DNA of 64,000 nucleotides from the human T2T-CHM13v2.0 reference genome, Homo sapiens, in NCBI RefSeq assembly GCF_009914755.1, contig NC_060946.1; one strand, given 5' to 3'. The notes under the pieces were generated by a model that did not search any database, was not told the DNA's origin, and saw only the letters and a list, made by a program, of their open reading frames with translations. This document shows positions 49,794 to 64,000 of this stretch, piece after piece. A program made the translations under genes and the position numbers. Each line of letters opens with the position of its first letter. The stretch's first letter is position 1.

Positions 49794-50170
49794 CTTCGGG
49801 GCGCCGCGGCCGCGGGAGCCCGGCAAGCGGGCGGGCGCGGGGGCCGGCGCGGCCGAGGCGGTGCTAATGGCGCCCGCGGCTCCTCCGCCAACGGCCGCGC
49901 AGGCCGGGCCCCGCCGCCGCTCCTGGGCGCGGGCCCCTCTCGGCCGCGGCGGCTCCGGGCCCGGCAGCGGCGGCCGCGGACTCTCGGGCAGCGGCTCGCG
50001 CGGCGCGGGCTCGGGCTCGGGGCCCAGCTGGAGGCCCGGCTCGGGGGGCCCGGCCGGCGGGCGCGGGCGCGGGCGCGGGAGCGGGCGGCGGGCGGCGGGC
50101 GCGGGACGCGGGGCTGGCTCGGACTCCAGGGCCGGGTCGCTCGCTCGCTCCCCAGCGAAGCAAACAATGC
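49794..50170 (-). other. BRD1: Non-coding first exon (5' end approximate)
   Basis: Strong donor GAAG|GTGAGT at 49794/49793 in the CpG island; Inr-like GCATTGTTT at ~50170; no AUG within the interval. Confidence 0.75.
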
Positions 50171-50294
50171 GGCGAGCGCTCCGCCCGGCGCGCTGCGTGC
50201 GAGACGCGCCCCGCCCGCCGCCGCCATGACGCGCGGACTCCGCTGCCTCGGCCGCGCGCGGGGGAGGGGGCGCCGCGAGGAGCGGGGGCCAAAG

Positions 50295-51020
50295 GGGGCC
50301 CTGAGGCGGCGGGGACCGGGCTGGGAGTGGGGGGTCGGGAGGATGGAGAGTGGGGGCCCTTGAGTTAGGGAGGACCGGGCCAGAAGGTCCCTGAGGGGGT
50401 CAGGAGGATGGAGAATGAGGGGCCCTGAGGCAGGGGGACGTAGGCCTAGGAGTGGGGGGCCCCGAGGCAGGTGGGGAGCAGCCGGGAGTCGGGGGCTTTG
50501 AGGCAGGGGGGTACCGGCTGGGAGTGGGGGTCCCTGAGGCAGAAGGGCATTGGCCCAGGAGTGGGGTCGCTGAGGCAGGAGATGGCCCAGGAGTGGGCGG
50601 CTCTGAGGCAGGGGCTACCACCGGCCTGGAGTGGGGGGCCCAGAGGCGGGGGGACGGGCCGGGAGTGGGGGTACCTGAGGCAGAAGGACATTGGCCCGGG
50701 AGTGGGGGGCCCCGAGGCAGGATGGGGGAGCAGCCGCGAGTCGGGGGCCCTGACGGGGGAACGGCCAGGAGTGGGGGTCCCTGAGGCGGGGGGGACCAGC
50801 TGAGAGTGGGAGTCCCTGAGGCAGAAGGCCATTGGCCCAGGAATGGGGGGCCCTGAGGCAGGGGGCGATTGGCCCACGAGTTGGTGGGGGCCTGAGGCAG
50901 GGGGCGATTGGCCCACGAGTGGGGGGAGGCCTGAGGCAGGGGGCGATTGGCCCATGAGTGGGGGGCCCTGAGGCAGGAGGCTATTGGTCCGGGAGTGGAG
51001 GTCCCTAAGAGGACAGAGGG
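50295..51020. repeat. Degenerate G-rich minisatellite, units of roughly 31-39 bp
   Basis: Recurrent GAGTGGGGG..CCCTGAGGCAG blocks. Confidence 0.85.
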
Positions 51021-52496
51021 GGCCCTGCGGGGGCACTGGGTGGGAGTGGAAAGGGCACTGGCCGGGACACGCGACTAGGTAGAGGTGGGTGGTGCAGCCG
51101 GGCTGGGGAGCCTCCCCTAGTGAGTGTCAGGCCCGGTGTGCAAGTAGTCCTGCCAGTGTGAGGGCCCTGCCGAGGCCGGCGTGAAGCAGATGCCCTTTAA
51201 GGTTGCAAGAAAAGGCCCCTGCGGGTGGGAGTTGAGAGGCCTGAGTCTCTGCCTTCACTTTGGCCTTTTGTGTAAACTCTAAAATTCAGTGGGGTCATAA
51301 CAATTTTCACTCCAAGATTAAATCCCAAATGTTTTAAGGTGAGGCAGGAGCTCCTTGGTTTCCTTGAGAATTTGTGATCAGGACGATGGTACTGTGGAAT
51401 CCCTGGGTTCCAGCAGCACAGCCTGTGGCATCCAGGCAGGCCCCTCAGGAAGAGCAGCTGTCCACCCTGGGACAGACCGTCCCCACGGGGGCAGCCGAGC
51501 GGCCCCACTGCTCGGGGCACTGCACCAAACACCTTATTGGGAGTGGGGTGGCCTTGTTCGCCCAAGTGTCCCTGATAGGGGCCAGGCCCCACAGGCCTTT
51601 TCCTGGCCAGTCCTCATGCCCATGGCACCCAGTGTGTGGGTTGTGACGTGACGACTCAAGGGCAGGTAGGACCCCAGCCAAGGCCCCAGTGGTCAGTCCT
51701 GATCTAGGACTCCCTGCAGACACACCCTTGAGCTTAGGGGGTACAGGCCACTGGGGCCCTGACCTCTTCTGCACCAGACCCAGGAGCTTCGTGTCACCTC
51801 CATTCTACAGATGTCTGTTTACCTGTGGCCAAACAAGCAAGCTGAGCCCGAACGCTTCTCTCCTCCACCTCAGGGAAGCCAGATGGAAACCAAGCTGGAG
51901 GTTCTCCACAACACAGAGCAAAAGTAAGACACAGTCTCATGAAAGAGAAGATGAAAAGACACGAAACCCTTCACAGAAGAGGAGACGGGGACAGTGGCCT
52001 CTCAGACAATGCAGGTGATGCTCAGAGGAGTGAAGAACAAAGCCTCGAACGTAGGCATGTCACAGGGATACTCAGGAAGGCCTTCGGAGAGGATCTTCTT
52101 TAGAATTCAGACTCATCCTACAGAGGAGGGGTTGCCAAAATACTAAGAGAATTGAACCGTAACTCATACACAGTGAAACTAGCGTTCCAGTGAGACAGCA
52201 AAATAAAGGTGTCTTCACCGCCGGTTAACATCCACATTTACCACACACGCAGTCTGTAAAAGTACTAGAAGAAATACCTTAACAAAGTGAAAAGTGGACC
52301 CAAGAGTAAGACGTGGATGCCAGCAAGTAAATCAGTCTGGTCCGTTAAAAGAAAATCAACCTGAGAGAAATCCCGGATGAACTCAACATGACACATGGTA
52401 AGGCGGGGCGCAGAAGGAAGTGAAAGTGCACGAAAGCTCTTGTATTGTTTGGTTCGAGGATTTTAGAATCGATAGAAAAAAAGGTTAAAAATTTTA

Positions 52497-54700
<2,204 letters not shown>

Positions 54701-55011
54701 CTTGTTCATCAGGAAGCATGTGCATGAATGTTCAGAGCAACACTGTTTTTGGTGTTTTTTTTTTTTTATTTTAACGCTGTTTTTAATAGCAAATACTGGG
54801 AGAAATCTTAAATATCAAAGGACGGTAAAATGGACAAAGTGAGGTGTATCCACGCAATGGAATAGCACACAGCAACAGAAATGAATGAATTCCACCACCA
54901 ACACGGCCAAATCTCAAACACATAATTTTAAATGGAAGAAAGAAATCTCAAAAGATTACAGAATATGATTCCATTTACACTCAGCAGACAGAGCTAGGAA
55001 ATAAGTATGTA

Positions 55012-55014
<3 letters not shown>

Positions 55015-55062
<48 letters not shown>
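55015..55062. repeat. (AC)24 microsatellite
   Basis: Perfect dinucleotide run. Confidence 0.97.
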
Positions 55063-55064
<2 letters not shown>

Positions 55065-56586
55065 ATATCTTTTCTGATACCTCTTAGCAAACCTTGAGTT
55101 CATACTGATACCTGTACCTCCAGTTACAATCTAGCATGGAGTTGATTCTACCCTCCTCTGTTTCTACATAACTATCTATGCCTTCACTTAGTAGCTCAGT
55201 CCCCCGCTACATAACCATCTCTAGGCTATACAGGACAGAAACTTGGCCCCAGACACAACCACTGCCCCCCATTTTGCACCAGCCAAAAATGCGGTTCTGG
55301 GGGCATCACTGCTCTCCAGAATGGTTATATCTGCAGGCTGAAAGCACAGCCCAAGAAAAGGCAAGGAGGAGGATGCTCATGTTGTTTCTGATATTCTGTT
55401 TCTGGCAGGAATAAGACAAAACCCTTCTTCTTTGATCTATCTCACCTTTAATTTATTTAATTTTTATTTTTACCCGGTATCTGCAACAATCTACTTTAGG
55501 AGACTATCCTTTCACAAACATTAAAACGTTCTTTAAATGGTGTTTTTCTCACTTCAGAATTCAGGAAAAATAGTTTTACTGACATTTACTTTTAATAAAA
55601 ACGTAGTAATTTGCATTGTTGCAGTAGAAATTTGTCCTCCTTGTCACCAGGATATAATCAGACAAATTAATAGTGGAGCCCAGGCCTTACATGGGTGTCA
55701 TATTTGAGAATAACTTTCCTGTGCTTCCACAACACGCCCACCTTTAAGGAACAAGGGTTGTGGCTTGTGTGCTGAACCAATGCCCACACAACCCTCAGAC
55801 CCATACTGGCCGGGCACCTGTACTCTGGCACACAAAGCCTCAGCCTCACAAGTAGTAAGAAGGATACTTCCTGGCAGGCCAAGAGCCATGGCAGACACTG
55901 GAACCTTCTGGAAGATAGAAACTTGCACACACACAGGTCCCGCGGGCACACCTGAGGGAGGTGGATTTGGTTCGGCTTCCTGGCCTAGGAACAGAAGAGC
56001 AAATAAGAGAAATTAAAAAACAAAAAATCTCAGGTGTGATGTAGGCTCAGTCCTACATTCCTTATGATGACACGTCCAGACAGAAGTTGATTTTCCGGCT
56101 TGGTCATTGCATAACGCCATCTGGTTTACATGTGTCACCTAACAAGGACACTCGTGCGTGGTAATTACCACTTCTTGCAGCACCTGTGTAGATGAATTAG
56201 GTCAGAATGCAAGACTAGCTTTCTGTGGTCAAGAATAACCTTCGGAGATTATTTATCATCCCAAGAGGGAGCTAATAAAAATGTCCCAGATTAAGGATTA
56301 GACACCCCAAAATGAGTGTGTCCATTCAGTGGCAGGCTATGTTCCTGAGCAAGCCTGCCAGGCAGATTTTCGGATCCTCTGGAGTGTGCGCCTGCTTAAC
56401 TTGCTATATACTATTGATTACGATATTTTACAACTCAGCAAGGGTAGACTTTAATTTGTTGAAGATAGATGGCTAAGTAAAATTATTCCTCTCTGACAGC
56501 AATGCAAATAAATTTTGCCCAGTAGTGAGTGATAGAAATTATTTCTGTCCAGTGGAAAAGATTACAGTAAAAAAGGTTGCAGTTTG

Positions 56587-57410
<824 letters not shown>

Positions 57411-57644
57411 CTGTTTCTAACTTTTTAAAAAGTATGCTTTGACAGCTCCAACATCTAGCTGCCTTCTCAGCCTCTCCTCCAGGATGTCCTGTAGGCATCT
57501 CGAACTCAACGTATCTGGCACTCAGCTTTTGGTCTTCATCCCCAAACTTCTCTGCTGTCTCCTTCCTCGGTTATGGGTTGAATTGTGTCCCCCCTGCAAA
57601 AGGTATGGTGAAGTCCTAAGCACAGTACCTGGGAATATGAGCTA

Positions 57645-58407
<763 letters not shown>

Positions 58408-58462
58408 TCATTGAGTTGGGCCCTAATCTAATGACTGGTATCCCTTTCTAAATTACACAATC

Positions 58463-58518
58463 TGCTAACCTTCTCTGTATCATTCCAATTTTAGTGTATG
58501 TGCTGCTGAAGCAAGCAC
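58463..58518 (-). pseudogene. 3'-truncated U6 snRNA retrocopy (U6 nt 1-56)
   Basis: Minus strand GTGCTTGCTTCAGCAGCACATACACTAAAATTGGAATGATACAGAGAAGGTTAGCA is 51/56 identical to the human U6 5' end and includes the ACAGAGA box. Confidence 0.93.
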
Positions 58519-58991
58519 CTGGTATTCTTATAAGAAGAGAAATTGGGACACAGACACACAGAGCAAAGACAGCTATGTGACAATGGAGACAGAGCAGAGT
58601 AATGTGGCCACAAGCCAAGGAATGCAAAGTATTGACGGCCACCAGAAGCCGAAAGAGGCAGGAAAGACCCCTCTTTATGGGTTTCAGAGGGAACACAGTC
58701 CTGCTGATGCCTGGACTTCGGGCTTCCGACCTCCAGAGCTGTGGGAGAGTGAGTTGCTGCCATTCTCAGCCCCCCAGGCTGTGGCGCTTTGTCATAGCAG
58801 CCATAGGACATGAATCCACTTTCTCAGCTAAGGCAACTCCGGGCTTCCTAGGTGAGAGGCACTCCTGCACTGCTCATGTCTGACCCGCTGGCAAAGCCTG
58901 TCGGCTCCCCTTTCAAAATAAGTCCAGAGCCAGCCCTGTGTCACCGCCTCCTCTGTTCCCTCAACACCTCTCACCTGGATTATCCCAGTAG

Positions 58992-60930
<1,939 letters not shown>

Positions 60931-61439
60931 CTAGCTCAAGAGGAGATGGAACGGACTCATCTCTCCGTGCTCCTCCAGCTACACACACCTTTCAGCACTG
61001 GGAGCCAGTACAGCAGACAATTGCAGGCCTCGAAGTGGGGGGAAGAGGGGAACCGGCCGGTGGGGACCGCGGACTGGAAAAAGCGCGGCCGCCTGGAGCC
61101 TCCCATCCCCGCCCGGCAGTGGAAGGCAGTCCAGGCCCAGTATCTCCTGACCCAAAGTGGTGCAAGGGGGTCCAGGCCTAGGGCCTCCTCTCCTCCCCTC
61201 GCCTCTCCCCACGCCTCCCCAGTAGCTGGGGGAAGCCCCACAGCCCTCCCATAGGGGAATCTGCAGAGGCGGAGCCGGAACTTGCTGGCACCAGGTCCGC
61301 CCACTCCCCACCTAACAGCTCGGAGAAGCCTGGAGAGGCGCCTCTATCCCCACCGGCAGCAGCAGCCTAATTACGTAGACGCCTAAATAGCAGATCTAGT
61401 AGATAAACTCAATTCTTGTAGGAACCACAACCCACAAAA

Positions 61440-64000
<2,561 letters not shown>

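Larger units (their letters stand above)
48760..50340. promoter_or_regulatory. CpG-island promoter of BRD1
   Basis: Very high GC and CpG density, GC boxes, YY1-type AACATGGCG (49683-49691), splice donors facing the minus-strand gene. Confidence 0.92.

Noticed and set aside
49794-49866. Non-AUG N-terminal extension of BRD1 from exon 1
   Set aside because: In-frame TAG at 49866-49864 and no in-frame CTG/GTG/ACG after it
49790-50227. 145-codon minus-strand ORF as a uORF of exon 1
   Set aside because: Its ATG lies ~57 nt upstream of the inferred TSS; would matter only if more distal starts exist

Overview
Human (primate) genomic DNA, GC-rich and Alu-dense. It contains the promoter and the 5' ~80% of the coding sequence of BRD1 (BRPF2, scaffold of the HBO1/KAT7 histone acetyltransferase complex; 22q13.33) on the minus strand, plus ~14 kb of repeat-rich upstream sequence. 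Eight coding exons were reconstructed by hand with GT-AG boundaries and consistent phases (46614-45248, 26657-26501, 21415-21284, 20982-20854, 20413-20101, 16590-16330, 10183/9790-9686, 109-<1). They encode EPC-I, PHD-Zn knuckle-PHD, EPC-II and the bromodomain. One exon has two acceptors 393 nt apart (long/short isoforms). The PWWP exons lie outside the window. The window also has a CpG-island promoter (~48.8-50.3 kb), five minisatellites, many Alu/L1/L2/MaLR/DNA-transposon remnants and a truncated U6 retrocopy. There are no prokaryotic features or CRISPR arrays. I cannot demonstrate a wholly new biological system. The best leads are: (1) an AUG-initiated (GGC)8 poly-glycine uORF in a candidate alternative leader whose stop overlaps the BRD1 AUG; (2) a frame-preserving 234-nt cassette exon in intron 2 with its own strong AUG; (3) a PP1-docking KRVTF motif found only in the long isoform; (4) a recursive-splice-like junction at the start-codon exon; (5) minisatellites that multiply AP-2, NF-Y and E2F motifs. 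All of these are sequence-level inferences and may already be annotated. Repeat family names come from recalled consensus sequences, not a RepeatMasker run.
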